Shown: positions 28,837 through 38,336 of the stretch, piece by piece
How positions within the stretch are numbered: the first letter of the stretch is position 1
Layout: the number at the start of each line of letters is the position of its first letter
Source of the DNA: an uncultured Actinomycetota bacterium
Lineage (GTDB): Bacteria; Actinomycetota; Thermoleophilia; Solirubrobacterales; Solirubrobacteraceae
DNA length: 64,000 bases
Assembly (NCBI GenBank): GCA_963721515.1
Contig: CAVRKJ010000010.1
Location: forward strand, 606,672 to 670,671
Direction of reading: 5' to 3'
The notes under the pieces: generated by a model
The model's database searches: none
What the model was told of the DNA's origin: nothing
Seen by the model: the letters and a program-made list of their open reading frames with translations, nothing else
Made by a program: the position numbers and the translations under genes

Positions 28837-30281
28837 GTCAGCGGCACCTCCAGGCGGACGAGGGTCCCATGCCCCGGGGATGAGAGCACCTGCAGGGTGC
28901 CGCCGGCATGGTCGGCGAGGTCGCGCATCAGGCGCAGCCCGAAGTGATCGCCGCGGTCGGGGTCATCCCCGTCGTCGGGGCCGAACCCACGGCCGTTGTC
29001 CGAGACGCAGAGCATCGCCGAGCGGGAGTGCACCTCGATGGAGATCTCCACCGTGGTGGGCTCGCCGTGGGTGCGCGCGTTGCGCAGCGCCTCCTGGGCC
29101 ACCCGGTAGAGCAGCGCCTCGGTGCCGCTCGGCAGCTGGAGGTCCTCGGGAACGTCGAGCGTCACCGCGATGCCGGCGGCCCGCAGCGGCGCGACGAGGT
29201 CGTTCATCGCCGCGAGCAGGCCCGATCGCTGGAGCGTCGGTGGATAGATGTCAACGAGCAGCGTGCGGAGCTCCCGGATCGTCTCGCGCGTCTCCGCCGC
29301 GGCGCGCGTCAGCGCGCTGCCGGCCTTGCCGCCGTCCTCGGCGCCGCCGAGCGCGTTGGCGCTGGCGGCCAGCGACAGCGACACGCCGGCCAGCCGCTGG
29401 ACGGTGCCGTCGTGCAGGTCGGCCGCGATCCGGCGCCGCTCCATGTCCGAGGCGTCGATGGCGCGGCGCAGCAACTGCTCGCGCTCGCGCTGGCGGGCCC
29501 GCAGCCGCCGCGCCAGAGAGTAGGCGAGCGGGACCTGGACGAGGTAGAGGACGAGCAGGGCGCCCAGCAACGCCGGCACCAGGCTCATCCACTGCCGCCT
29601 GCTGGTCGCGGCGATCGTGCTGGCGCGCTCGTAGTCCTCGTAGAGGAGGCGGGTGCCGCCGGGCCCGCGGATGCCGACGTACACCTCCACCAGCTGACGA
29701 AAGCGGCGTTCGGACCGGTTCTCCGGCCGCGACAGGTTGCTCTCGTCAGCGATCGTGCCGCCGCCGCGCAGGCTGCGCAACTCGTCCTTGCCCAGCGGGA
29801 ACCTCTTGCCGATCAGGTCGCTCGCATCGGAGTAGACGACGCGACCGGAGGCGTCCCAGATCTTCACCCGCGCGATCGGCGTGCCGCGCAGGATGCGCTC
29901 GCGCACCACGCGATCGAGCCGCGCCAGCGCGGCGGGATCGCCCCTGAGCACGCCCGGGGTGATCAGCGGCGCCGCGATGCCCCGCCCCGCCAGCTGCGTC
30001 AGGTCCTTGGCCTGGGTGATGGCGTCAGAGGTGGCCGACCGGCGCACGATCACGAACCCCGCCGCGCCGATGATCACCATGGCGAGCAGGCCGCTGAGCG
30101 CGAACCGCGCGAACAGGCGCGCCAGCGACGGGTCCCGGCCGGCGCGTGCGCGGGGATCGTCGGCGCGGACCGGCCACCGGGCGACGGCGTCACGGGTCGT
30201 GGTCACCGCGGCCCTCACCCGCCGGCCCAGCCGGTCCCGGCCGCGCGGCGCCCGGAGCGCTTCCGAGTTTCGGTGCGGCAC
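28833..30281 (-). CDS. Sensor histidine kinase (HisKA_3 type) with periplasmic loop between two TM helices
   Basis: H-box 'RRIAADLHDGTVQRLAG' and ATPase domain 'DNGRGF...GHFGLRLMRDLADHAGGTL'. The true start within the first ~40 codons is uncertain. Confidence 0.8.
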   Translation of the reverse strand: MPHRNSEALRAPRGRDRLGRRVRAAVTTTRDAVARWPVRADDPRARAGRDPSLARLFARFALSGLLAMVIIGAAGFVIVRRSATSDAITQAKDLTQLAGRGIAAPLITPGVLRGDPAALARLDRVVRERILRGTPIARVKIWDASGRVVYSDASDLIGKRFPLGKDELRSLRGGGTIADESNLSRPENRSERRFRQLVEVYVGIRGPGGTRLLYEDYERASTIAATSRRQWMSLVPALLGALLVLYLVQVPLAYSLARRLRARQREREQLLRRAIDASDMERRRIAADLHDGTVQRLAGVSLSLAASANALGGAEDGGKAGSALTRAAAETRETIRELRTLLVDIYPPTLQRSGLLAAMNDLVAPLRAAGIAVTLDVPEDLQLPSGTEALLYRVAQEALRNARTHGEPTTVEISIEVHSRSAMLCVSDNGRGFGPDDGDDPDRGDHFGLRLMRDLADHAGGTLQVLSSPGHGTLVRLEVPLT

Positions 30282-30444
30282 GCGCCGGAGGCTATCGAGG
30301 GCATGGGGGCTCCAGAGCCGCTTGCCCGGGATGGGCGATGACGGTGACGGACGAGGCCGCCACGCTACGGCGCCTGCGGTCCCCCGCGCAATGGGACGAT
30401 GGTCCTACGACCATCGTGCAGGGGGTCACTAGGATCGAAGCGAC

Positions 30445-31947
30445 GTGAGTGCCACCGCCGCCAGGAACCAGGCCGTGCCGGATCGCCGGACGCGGCTGGT
30501 CATCCTCGGCATCTGCTCGATGAGCCTGCTCATCGTCGGCCTCGACGCCACGATCGTCAACGTCGCGCTCCCCGCGATCCATCGCTCGTTCCACTCCCCC
30601 CTATCGGGGCTGCAGTGGACGATCGACGCCTACACGCTCGTCATCGCCAGCCTGCTCATGCTCTCGGGCTCCACCGCGGATCGCCTCGGCCGCCGGCGGG
30701 TGTTCCAGTGCGGCCTGGCGCTGTTCTCGCTGGGATCGCTCCTCTGCGGTCTCGCCCCCAGCCTGGGGATGCTCATCGCGGCGCGCGTCATCCAGGCGAT
30801 CGGGGGATCGATGCTCAACCCGGTGGCCATGTCGATCATCCGCAACGTGTTCGAGGATCCGCGGGAGCGCGCCCAGGCCATCGGCGTGTGGGGGGCGCTG
30901 ATGGGCATCAGCATGGCGCTGGGCCCGGTGGTGGGCGGGGCGCTCGTGGACTCGGTGGGGTGGCGGGCGGTCTTCTTCGTCAACATCCCCATCGGCCTGG
31001 TGGCCATCGTCCTCACCGCCCTGTTCGTGCCCGAGTCCCGCGCGCCGCATCCGCGGCGGATCGACCCGGTGGGCCAGGTGCTGGTGATCGTCGCGCTGTT
31101 CACACTGACCTACGCGATCATCCAGGGCCCGGAGGCGGGCTGGATGTCGGCGCAGACGGTGATCCTGTTCGCGGTGTCGCTCAGCGCCTTCGCGTCGCTC
31201 GTCGCCTACGAGCTGCGCCGCCGCGAGCCGCTGCTGGAGGTGCGCTTCTTTCGGAGCGCCCCCTTCTCCGGGGCCACCGCGACGGCGGTCGCGATGTTCA
31301 TGGCGATGGGCGGCTTCCTGTTTCTCAACACGCTCTACCTTCAGAACGTCCGCGGCCTCTCACCCCTCGACGCCGGCCTCTACACCCTGCCCATGGCCGG
31401 GGTGATGATGGTGGTGGCGCCGATCTCGGGGCGGATCGTCGGCAACATCGGGAACCGCTGGCCGCTGGTCGCGGGCAGCGTCGGGGTCATCGCCAGCGGG
31501 CTGATGCTCACGCAGCTGACCCGCCACACGTCGTTCGACTATCTGGTTGTCTCCTACGTCCTGTTCGGGGCGGGCATGGGCCTGATCAACCCGCCGATCA
31601 CCAACACCGCGGTGTCGGGCATGCCGCCCTCGCAGGCCGGCGTGGCCGCGGCGGTGGCCTCGACCGGCCGTCAGGTGGGGTCGACGCTCGGGGTCGCGGT
31701 GATGGGCTCGCTCGCCGCCGGCGGCCTGGTGGCGATCGGCCCGGGCTTCACCGCGGCCACCCATGTGAGCTGGTGGATCATGGTGGGGCTCGGAGTCATA
31801 ACCCTCGTGCTCGCCTTCGTCACGACGTCCGCCTGGGGCCTGGCCACCGCCGGACGCGTCGCCGACGAGTTCCGGGAGGTCGAGGGTCCGCCGCGCGGGC
31901 GCGATGCCGAGCGGCGCGACGACAGCGCCACGGTCGTCGTCGGCTAG
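30445..31947 (+). CDS. MFS transporter, DHA2/EmrB-like (14-TM type)
   Basis: 500 aa. 'LDATIVNVALPAI' and 'LGRRRVF' are DHA2 hallmarks, and there are about 14 hydrophobic segments. Confidence 0.85.
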   Translation: MSATAARNQAVPDRRTRLVILGICSMSLLIVGLDATIVNVALPAIHRSFHSPLSGLQWTIDAYTLVIASLLMLSGSTADRLGRRRVFQCGLALFSLGSLLCGLAPSLGMLIAARVIQAIGGSMLNPVAMSIIRNVFEDPRERAQAIGVWGALMGISMALGPVVGGALVDSVGWRAVFFVNIPIGLVAIVLTALFVPESRAPHPRRIDPVGQVLVIVALFTLTYAIIQGPEAGWMSAQTVILFAVSLSAFASLVAYELRRREPLLEVRFFRSAPFSGATATAVAMFMAMGGFLFLNTLYLQNVRGLSPLDAGLYTLPMAGVMMVVAPISGRIVGNIGNRWPLVAGSVGVIASGLMLTQLTRHTSFDYLVVSYVLFGAGMGLINPPITNTAVSGMPPSQAGVAAAVASTGRQVGSTLGVAVMGSLAAGGLVAIGPGFTAATHVSWWIMVGLGVITLVLAFVTTSAWGLATAGRVADEFREVEGPPRGRDAERRDDSATVVVG

Positions 31948-31982
31948 CTGGCGCCGTCGCGATCGCTAGCGTCCCTCGGGCG

Positions 31983-34142
31983 ATGAAGCTCGTCCCCGAC
32001 CGCGCCCACGTGGAGCTGCGCCCCGACCGCGACGGGGGCCAGACGGTCATCCTGGCCTTCCCGTATGACCGGGCGCTGGTTGATCTCTGCCGCTCCATCC
32101 CTCACCGTCGGTTTGACTGGGACACGCGCGAGTGGTCGGCGCCCGCCAGCGACTGGGCGGCGATGAAGGTGACCGAGGCGCTCGAGCGCTATCCCGACCT
32201 CACGCCAAGCCCCGAGGTGCTGGAGTGGCTTGCGGGGGTGAGGCAACGCTGGATCGGCTCGGTGAGCACCACGCGCTACGACGGCCGCGGCTGGCTGGTG
32301 CTCAAGACCCTGGCCGGCCCGCTGCCCGAGCCGCTGACCGAGGGCGCCGTCGAGCACGAGGGCCGGCTGCTGGCCCCGCTGCGCCCGGCGGCCGCGGAGG
32401 CGCTGCGGGCCCAGCGCTCGGCGCATCTCGACATCGCCGCCGAGCGCTGCCTGCAGATTGTCGAGCGCGGCGGCGAGCCGCCGCCGGCTCGGCTCGTCTA
32501 CGTGCGCGGGGTGGACGGCGAGGAGCTGCGTCTCGAGGTGCTGTGGGATCCCGACATCGGCCTCGCCTTCACGGAGCTGCCCGGCGCGAACGGCACGCGC
32601 AGCGTCCCGCTGGATCCCTGGCTGGCCGAGGCCCTGGACGCCTTCCTCGCGCGCCACGAGGTGGAGGTCGCCGGCGAGGCGGTCGACGTGCTCGAGCGGC
32701 TGCTGGCCGCGCACCGCAGCGCCGCCGACGCGGTGCGGCGCTCGCGGGCCACCGAGGGCGAGCCGCTCGCCGACACGGCCGCTGTGCTCGGCGGCGAGCC
32801 CGCTCCGTTCCAATGGGCGGCGGTCCGCTATGCCCTCGACGCCCGCGGCACGTTCCTGGCCGACGAGCAGGGGCTCGGCAAGACGGTCGAGGCGCTGACC
32901 GCCATCGAGGCCGACGGCGCCTTCCCAGCGGTCGTGATCTGCCCGGCGTCGATGAAGCTCGGCTGGGAGCGCGAGACGCAACGCTGGCTGCCCCATCGAT
33001 CCGTGACGGTCGTCCACGGGCGTGGCGCGGTCCCGCGCGAGGCGGAGATCACGATCGTCAACTACGAGGTCGTCGCCGCCCACCACCATGCGCTGACGCG
33101 CACGCGGCCGCGCGCGCTCATCGTGGACGAGTCGCACTACTGCAAGAACCCCCAGGCCAAGCGCACCCAGGCGGTGCGCCGGATGGCGGCGGCGGTGGCC
33201 CCCGGCGGCCTGCGCCTGGCCCTGAGCGGCACCCCGGTGCTCAACCACGCCGAGGAGCTCATCGCGCAGCTGCGGATCATCGGGCGTCTGGAGGAGTTCG
33301 GCTCCGGCGCCAGCTTCGCGCGGCAGTTCCGCGGCCAGCTGAGCGAAGAGAGGCTGCACTGGCACATGCGCCGCGCCTGCTTCGTGCGCCGCCTCAAGTC
33401 AGAGGTGCTCCCGCAGTTGCCGCCCAAGCGCCAGGTGGTCATCCCGGTCGCGCTCACCAACGAGGCTGAGTACCGCCTGGCCGAGCGCGACGTGATCGAG
33501 TGGCTGCGCTCCCAGCCACTGGACCTCTCCGAGCTCAACGCCAGGATCGCGGCCACGCTGCGCGCGCAGCGCCTGGCTCAGCTCGGAACCCTGCAGCGCC
33601 TCGCCGCCCGCGGCAAGCTGGCGGCGGCGCTGGCGTGGATCGAGGACTTCCTGGCCTCCGACGAGCCGCTGGTGGTGTTCGCCCGCCACGTCGAGGTCCA
33701 GCGCGCCGTGCTGGCGCGCTTCCCGCGGGCAGCGCACCTGCTCGGCGAGGACTCGCTCGAGCGCCGGGAGGCGGCGATCGGCGCCTTCCAGCAGCCCGAT
33801 GGGCCGCAGCTGATCGTGTGCGCCACCCGCGTCGCGGCGCAGGGGATCACCCTCACCCGGGCGTCCAACGTCGCCTTCCTCGAGCTCGAGTGGACCCCGG
33901 CGATGCACGATCAGGCCGAGGACCGTTGTCACCGGATCGGCCAGCGCGATGCCGTCACCGCGTGGTACCTGCTGGCGGCCGGCACGATCGACGAGACCAT
34001 GGCCCGGCTCATCCAGTCCAAGCGCGCCGTCGTCGCCGCGGTCACCGACGGGCGCGTGCTCGGTGACGATGGCCTCGTGGACGGCGTCGTGCGCGAACTG
34101 CGCGACGGGCGGCCGTTCACCCACCTGCGCGCGGTAGGGTGA
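31983..34142 (+). CDS. SNF2-family DNA-dependent ATPase/helicase with HARP-like N-terminal domain
   Basis: ATG 31983 lies inside the chimeric ORF 30399..34142. Helicase motifs: 'DEQGLGKT' (I), 'DESH' (II), 'LSGTP', 'QAEDRCHRIGQ' (VI). The N-terminus 'LAFPYDRALVDLCRSIPHRRFDWDTREWSAP' fits the HARP pattern. Confidence 0.85.
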   Translation: MKLVPDRAHVELRPDRDGGQTVILAFPYDRALVDLCRSIPHRRFDWDTREWSAPASDWAAMKVTEALERYPDLTPSPEVLEWLAGVRQRWIGSVSTTRYDGRGWLVLKTLAGPLPEPLTEGAVEHEGRLLAPLRPAAAEALRAQRSAHLDIAAERCLQIVERGGEPPPARLVYVRGVDGEELRLEVLWDPDIGLAFTELPGANGTRSVPLDPWLAEALDAFLARHEVEVAGEAVDVLERLLAAHRSAADAVRRSRATEGEPLADTAAVLGGEPAPFQWAAVRYALDARGTFLADEQGLGKTVEALTAIEADGAFPAVVICPASMKLGWERETQRWLPHRSVTVVHGRGAVPREAEITIVNYEVVAAHHHALTRTRPRALIVDESHYCKNPQAKRTQAVRRMAAAVAPGGLRLALSGTPVLNHAEELIAQLRIIGRLEEFGSGASFARQFRGQLSEERLHWHMRRACFVRRLKSEVLPQLPPKRQVVIPVALTNEAEYRLAERDVIEWLRSQPLDLSELNARIAATLRAQRLAQLGTLQRLAARGKLAAALAWIEDFLASDEPLVVFARHVEVQRAVLARFPRAAHLLGEDSLERREAAIGAFQQPDGPQLIVCATRVAAQGITLTRASNVAFLELEWTPAMHDQAEDRCHRIGQRDAVTAWYLLAAGTIDETMARLIQSKRAVVAAVTDGRVLGDDGLVDGVVRELRDGRPFTHLRAVG

Positions 34143-34146
34143 GAGC

Positions 34147-34371
34147 GTGCCGGGGCAACCGCACACGCCCACCCGCATCCCCAACGTCCACCCCGCCTGC
34201 CGCAACGTTCCGGGGATCAGTGACGATGGCTTCGAGGAGCTCTGCCATCTCGTCACCGATCAGGATCCCGACACCGCGCTGTGCGGCAAGGACGTCACCG
34301 GCTATCCGTGGAATCCGCCATGGCCGCGCTGCGAGGCGTGCCTGGCAGTGGCCCGGGGCGAGCAGAACTAG
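34147..34371 (+). CDS. Small Cys-containing (Zn-ribbon-like) protein, DUF3039-like
   Basis: 74 aa with a GTG start 5 nt after the helicase stop and high GC3. 'ALCGKDV...WPRCEACL' resembles the DUF3039 CxxK...CPxC pattern as I recall it. The family assignment was not verified. Confidence 0.5.
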   Translation: MPGQPHTPTRIPNVHPACRNVPGISDDGFEELCHLVTDQDPDTALCGKDVTGYPWNPPWPRCEACLAVARGEQN

Positions 34372-35135
34372 CCGGCTGTCGCGGCGCGCCGGTAGCGCCG
34401 CACCGCAAGGGGCGCGAACACGACCAGGATCACGAGCGCCCACACGACCGACCCCCAGACGTAGTTGTGGGCCGGGGAGCCGATCCACAGGGCCCGCATC
34501 GCATCGACGAAGATCGTGAACGGATTGACCTCGGCGAACGCCTTCAGCACGGGCGGCATCGTGGCCACGGGCACGAACGCCGATGAGATGAACGTGAGCG
34601 GGAAGATCGCGATGAAGGCCACGGAGTTCGCCGACTCCGGCGTCGTGGCCACCAGTCCGACGAGCGCGAACACCCACGAGAACGCATATCCGATCAGCAG
34701 CAGGAGGCCGAACCCGGCGATTACCTCCGGAACCGACGTCCTGAACGAGAACCCGATGATCAGGCCGGTGACCACCAGCACGAACACCGAGATCGCGTTG
34801 CTCACCACGTCGGACAACGTGCGGCCCGCCAGCACGGCGGGACGCGCCATCGGCAGCGAGCGGAAGCGGTCGATCAGCCCCTTGTGCATGTCCTCGTTGA
34901 GGCCCAGTGCGGTGACGAACCCGCCGAACGCGATGTTCTGGACGACGATCCCCGGGACCAGAAACTCGACGTAAGCCACGCCGCCGGTGTTGATCGCGCC
35001 GCCGAACACGTAGCGGAACAGGAGTAGAAACATGATCGGTTGGACGGTGAACGCGATCAGCAGCTCCGGCTTGCGCGGCAGCCGGATCAGGTTGCGCTCG
35101 GCGATGATCAGGGTGTCGGTGGCGAGCCGTCTCAC
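34368..35135 (-). CDS. ABC-2 type exporter permease (DrrB-like)
   Basis: 255 aa with 6 TM helices. The N-terminus 'TLIIAERNLIRLPRKPELLI' is typical of ABC-2. Overlaps the ATPase gene by 4 nt. Confidence 0.85.
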   Translation of the reverse strand: MRRLATDTLIIAERNLIRLPRKPELLIAFTVQPIMFLLLFRYVFGGAINTGGVAYVEFLVPGIVVQNIAFGGFVTALGLNEDMHKGLIDRFRSLPMARPAVLAGRTLSDVVSNAISVFVLVVTGLIIGFSFRTSVPEVIAGFGLLLLIGYAFSWVFALVGLVATTPESANSVAFIAIFPLTFISSAFVPVATMPPVLKAFAEVNPFTIFVDAMRALWIGSPAHNYVWGSVVWALVILVVFAPLAVRRYRRAATAG

Positions 35136-36145
35136 GCGCCCTCAGCGGCCGAGCCGCCGTCCTCCTCGGCCGCGTGGCCGGTGAGCGCCAGGAACACGTC
35201 GTCCAGCGTCGGCCGGCGCAGGTCGATGTCGTCGACTCCGATCCCATCGTCGGTGAGGCGCCTGACCGCCTCAGCGATGGTGCCGGTGCGCGTCCGGACC
35301 GGCACGCTCACCATCGAGCCCTGACCCGTCGGCGTGTCCTCGGACATCGGTGCCAGCGCGCGGACCGCGGCGTCCAGATCCTCTGCGCGCTCCAGCGTCA
35401 CGTCGACGTGCTCGCCGCCGACGCGGTCCTTGAGCTCGTCGGCGGTCCCATTGGCGATCACCCGGCCGTGATCGATGACCGTGATTGAGTCCGCGAGGCG
35501 GTCGGCCTCGTCCAGGTACTGGGTCGTCAGCAGCACCGTCGTGCCTTCGGAGACCAGCCCCTCGATCGTCTCCCACAGGCCGATGCGGCTGCGGGGATCC
35601 AGCCCCGTCGTGGGCTCGTCAAGGAACAGCACCGGCGGCTGTGCCACCAGCGCCGCGGCGAGGTCCAGGCGCCGGCGCATGCCGCCCGAATACGTGCTGG
35701 TGACCCGCCCACCGGCGTCCGCGAGGTCGAAGCGCTCGAGCAGTTCGGCGCCGCGCCGCTTGGCGTCCGCGCGCCTGGAGCCGTAGAGCCGTCCCACCAT
35801 CGTCAGGTTCTCCAGGCCCGTGAGGTTCTCGTCGACCGCGGCGTACTGGCCGGCCAGCCCGATGCGGTGACGCAGCGCCGCGGCCTCGTGCACCACGTCG
35901 AGGCCGTCGACCGTGGCCGTGCCCGAATCGGGGATGAGCAGCGTGGTCAGGACGCGCACGAGCGTCGTCTTGCCCGCGCCGTTGGGGCCGAGCAGGCCGA
36001 GCACCGTGCCCTTGGCCACAGTGAGGTCCACCCCGCCCAGGGCGCGGACCTCGCCGAACGACTTGACGACGCCGCGCACGACGATCGCCGCCTCCAGGTC
36101 GGATGTCGGCGCGGGGTGCAGCGAGGTCTCAGGGGTAGAAGACAT
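35132..36145 (-). CDS. ABC transporter ATP-binding protein (DrrA/daunorubicin-resistance type)
   Basis: ATG 36145. Walker A 'GPNGAGKTT', signature 'YSGGMRRRL' and Walker B 'LFLDEPTTGLD'. Confidence 0.9.
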   Translation of the reverse strand: MSSTPETSLHPAPTSDLEAAIVVRGVVKSFGEVRALGGVDLTVAKGTVLGLLGPNGAGKTTLVRVLTTLLIPDSGTATVDGLDVVHEAAALRHRIGLAGQYAAVDENLTGLENLTMVGRLYGSRRADAKRRGAELLERFDLADAGGRVTSTYSGGMRRRLDLAAALVAQPPVLFLDEPTTGLDPRSRIGLWETIEGLVSEGTTVLLTTQYLDEADRLADSITVIDHGRVIANGTADELKDRVGGEHVDVTLERAEDLDAAVRALAPMSEDTPTGQGSMVSVPVRTRTGTIAEAVRRLTDDGIGVDDIDLRRPTLDDVFLALTGHAAEEDGGSAAEGA

Positions 36146-36200
36146 TGAGATCACGTTACGGGATCGACCGGCTCGGCCGGTCGGCGGCCGCGCTGTCCCG

Positions 36201-36392
36201 TCAGCGCTTGCGGGGTCGCCGCTGGGACTGGGCGCGCGCCAGGCGCCGGCGTCGCTGCTCAATGCGCAGCGCGACGCCGATTGCGGCGCCCAGCAGAACT
36301 GCCCCCAGGTAGAACGGCGCCACCAGGAGCATGACGGCGACCCCGAGCATGGCGAGCCAGATGGCCGGCCGGAACATACGCCAGTCGTTCAT
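36201..36392 (-). CDS. Small membrane protein (63 aa, two hydrophobic helices, basic tail)
   Basis: ATG start and high GC3. 'AIWLAMLGVAVMLLVAPFYLGAVLLGAAIGVAL' is followed by 'RRRRLARAQSQRRPRKR'. Confidence 0.45.
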   Translation of the reverse strand: MNDWRMFRPAIWLAMLGVAVMLLVAPFYLGAVLLGAAIGVALRIEQRRRRLARAQSQRRPRKR

Positions 36393-36441
36393 GACCCGGC
36401 CAACCCTACCTCGCGCCGCTCATGGCCGATCGCACCTGCCG

Positions 36442-38310
36442 TCAGCGCGTGCCGGTGTCGAGCTCGGCGGCCACGCGCTTCTGGATCGTGGCCACGGCGC
36501 GGAACGCCTGGCGCAGCTGCACGCGCATGAGCGGGCTCAGCTCCTCGGGGTCGATGAAGTCATCGGGCGGGCGGCCGGCGCGCAGCTGGGCCACCTGGTG
36601 CTCGAGGCGGAGGTTGTTGATCAGCTCGAACGCGTCGCGCAGCGTGTGGGTGTCCTCCGGGGCCAGCGTCCCCGCCTCGCCCGCGGCGAGCAGCCGCTCC
36701 GGCGTGGTCGCGCTCGTCACCCCGGCCGCCATCGCGCCCCAGCGCGCGAGGTCCAGGATCGGGACCAGCCCGCCGTGCTTGAGGTCCAGCGTGCCGGGGT
36801 GCTCGCCTCCGTGCTCCACGACGAGACCGCGGAACCGTCGCGTGGGCGGGCGGTGCGACAGTGCGAACCGGGCGAGCATCCGCAGCAGCCGCGGATAGTT
36901 GGCGGCCAGGCGGAACGTGTCGGCCACCGGCGTGCCGGTGTGCACGCCCCACACCGGACGGTTGTCGACGATGACCGATGTGAGGATCAGCGCCTTCTCC
37001 TGCGTAGGGTCGGTCATCCAGCTCTGCGCGGCCTCCTGCCAGGAGGAGAGCGAGCGCACGAACGGCGCGGCGTCGGCGTTGACGCCGTTCTCATCCATCC
37101 GCAGACCGCACGCCCGCATCCCCCCGATCACCTCGCGCGCCAACTCCAGCAGCGCCGCGCGCGTCTGCGTCTCGTCCCTGGTGCCGTCGGGCGTGTCGAA
37201 CCACACGATCGCGCTATCCACGTCGGAGCTGGGCAGCGCCTCGCGCCGTGCCTGGCTGCCCAGCGCCAGCCACGCGAACTCGGCGCCGACGCCGCCGCGG
37301 CGGTCGAGCGCGTGCACCAGCAGCCGCCGCGTCAGGGCGTCGACGCAGACCGCGTAGACGGCCATCACGTTGGCCGCGGCGACACCCGCGTCGTAGAGCG
37401 AGATGACCATGGGGCGCAGCTCGCGCGACATGGTCACGAGCTCCTCGTCCGAGCGCGCGGTGGCGAGGCGTTGGCGCAGGTAGAACGACGTGCGGGTGCG
37501 GAGGGCGACGAGGTCGACGTCGTCCACCACCCCGATGACGCGCCCGGTCGGCGACAGCACCGGGAAATGGCGCACCCCGCGCTCGAACATCTCCGCCAGG
37601 ACGTCCCCCGCTCGCCGGTCCGCCGTGGCGGTGTACGCCGGCGCCGACATCGCGGCCGAGACCGGGGCCTCGCCGCTCAGGCCCCCGGCCACTACCTTCG
37701 TCCGCACATCGCGGTCGGTGAGAATGCCAAAGCCCTCCTGGCCCAGGTCGACGACGACTGCCGTCCCCGGCCCGGCGCCCATGAGCTTGGCCGCGTCGCG
37801 GATGGTGGTCCCGGGGCTGCAGATGGCGGGCTCGCCGCGGACGAGGCTGCCCACGGGCTGATCGGCGGTGTTGACCGCCGGCTCGCGGGCCAGCATGTGC
37901 AGCTCGGTTGGCTCCTCGAGCAGCGACCGCGCCACGAAGCGCACCCCCTCGGGCGCCGACAGGACCGCTCTGGCCTCGTTGGCGGCGATCCGGTAGCAGA
38001 GCGTGTTCTCCGTCGCCCGGGCGGTGAACGCGGGCGGCAGCCCGGACAGCAGCGACCCATGGCCGAACACCGCCCCCTCCGCCAGCACGTCGAGCACCCG
38101 GCCGCGCGTGGCCAGCTCGACAGCGCCCGTGCGGATCACCCGCAGGTGCTGCACGGCATCTGCGCCCTCGGCGAACACGATGTCGCCGACACCGTGGGAC
38201 TCCAGCTCGGCGCATGCGGCGACGCGCTCGACCTCGTCCGCGGCGAGCGCGTCGAACGGGGGATGCGCCCGGAGAAAGCGGGCGGCCTGCCGCGCTTCCT
38301 CCGGCGTCAT
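36442..38310 (-). CDS. cNMP-binding + CBS pair + DUF294-type nucleotidyltransferase protein
   Basis: 622 aa. N-terminal cyclic-nucleotide-binding fold ('IVFAEGADAVQHLRVIRTGAVEL'), then a CBS pair ('GILTDRDVRTKV', 'VIGVVDDVDLV'), then a nucleotidyltransferase core ('LALGSQARREALPSSDVDSAIVW') and a C-terminal substrate-binding domain. Confidence 0.8.
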   Translation of the reverse strand: MTPEEARQAARFLRAHPPFDALAADEVERVAACAELESHGVGDIVFAEGADAVQHLRVIRTGAVELATRGRVLDVLAEGAVFGHGSLLSGLPPAFTARATENTLCYRIAANEARAVLSAPEGVRFVARSLLEEPTELHMLAREPAVNTADQPVGSLVRGEPAICSPGTTIRDAAKLMGAGPGTAVVVDLGQEGFGILTDRDVRTKVVAGGLSGEAPVSAAMSAPAYTATADRRAGDVLAEMFERGVRHFPVLSPTGRVIGVVDDVDLVALRTRTSFYLRQRLATARSDEELVTMSRELRPMVISLYDAGVAAANVMAVYAVCVDALTRRLLVHALDRRGGVGAEFAWLALGSQARREALPSSDVDSAIVWFDTPDGTRDETQTRAALLELAREVIGGMRACGLRMDENGVNADAAPFVRSLSSWQEAAQSWMTDPTQEKALILTSVIVDNRPVWGVHTGTPVADTFRLAANYPRLLRMLARFALSHRPPTRRFRGLVVEHGGEHPGTLDLKHGGLVPILDLARWGAMAAGVTSATTPERLLAAGEAGTLAPEDTHTLRDAFELINNLRLEHQVAQLRAGRPPDDFIDPEELSPLMRVQLRQAFRAVATIQKRVAAELDTGTR

Positions 38311-38336
38311 CCCACGTCAGTTATGGCCGGTGCCGA

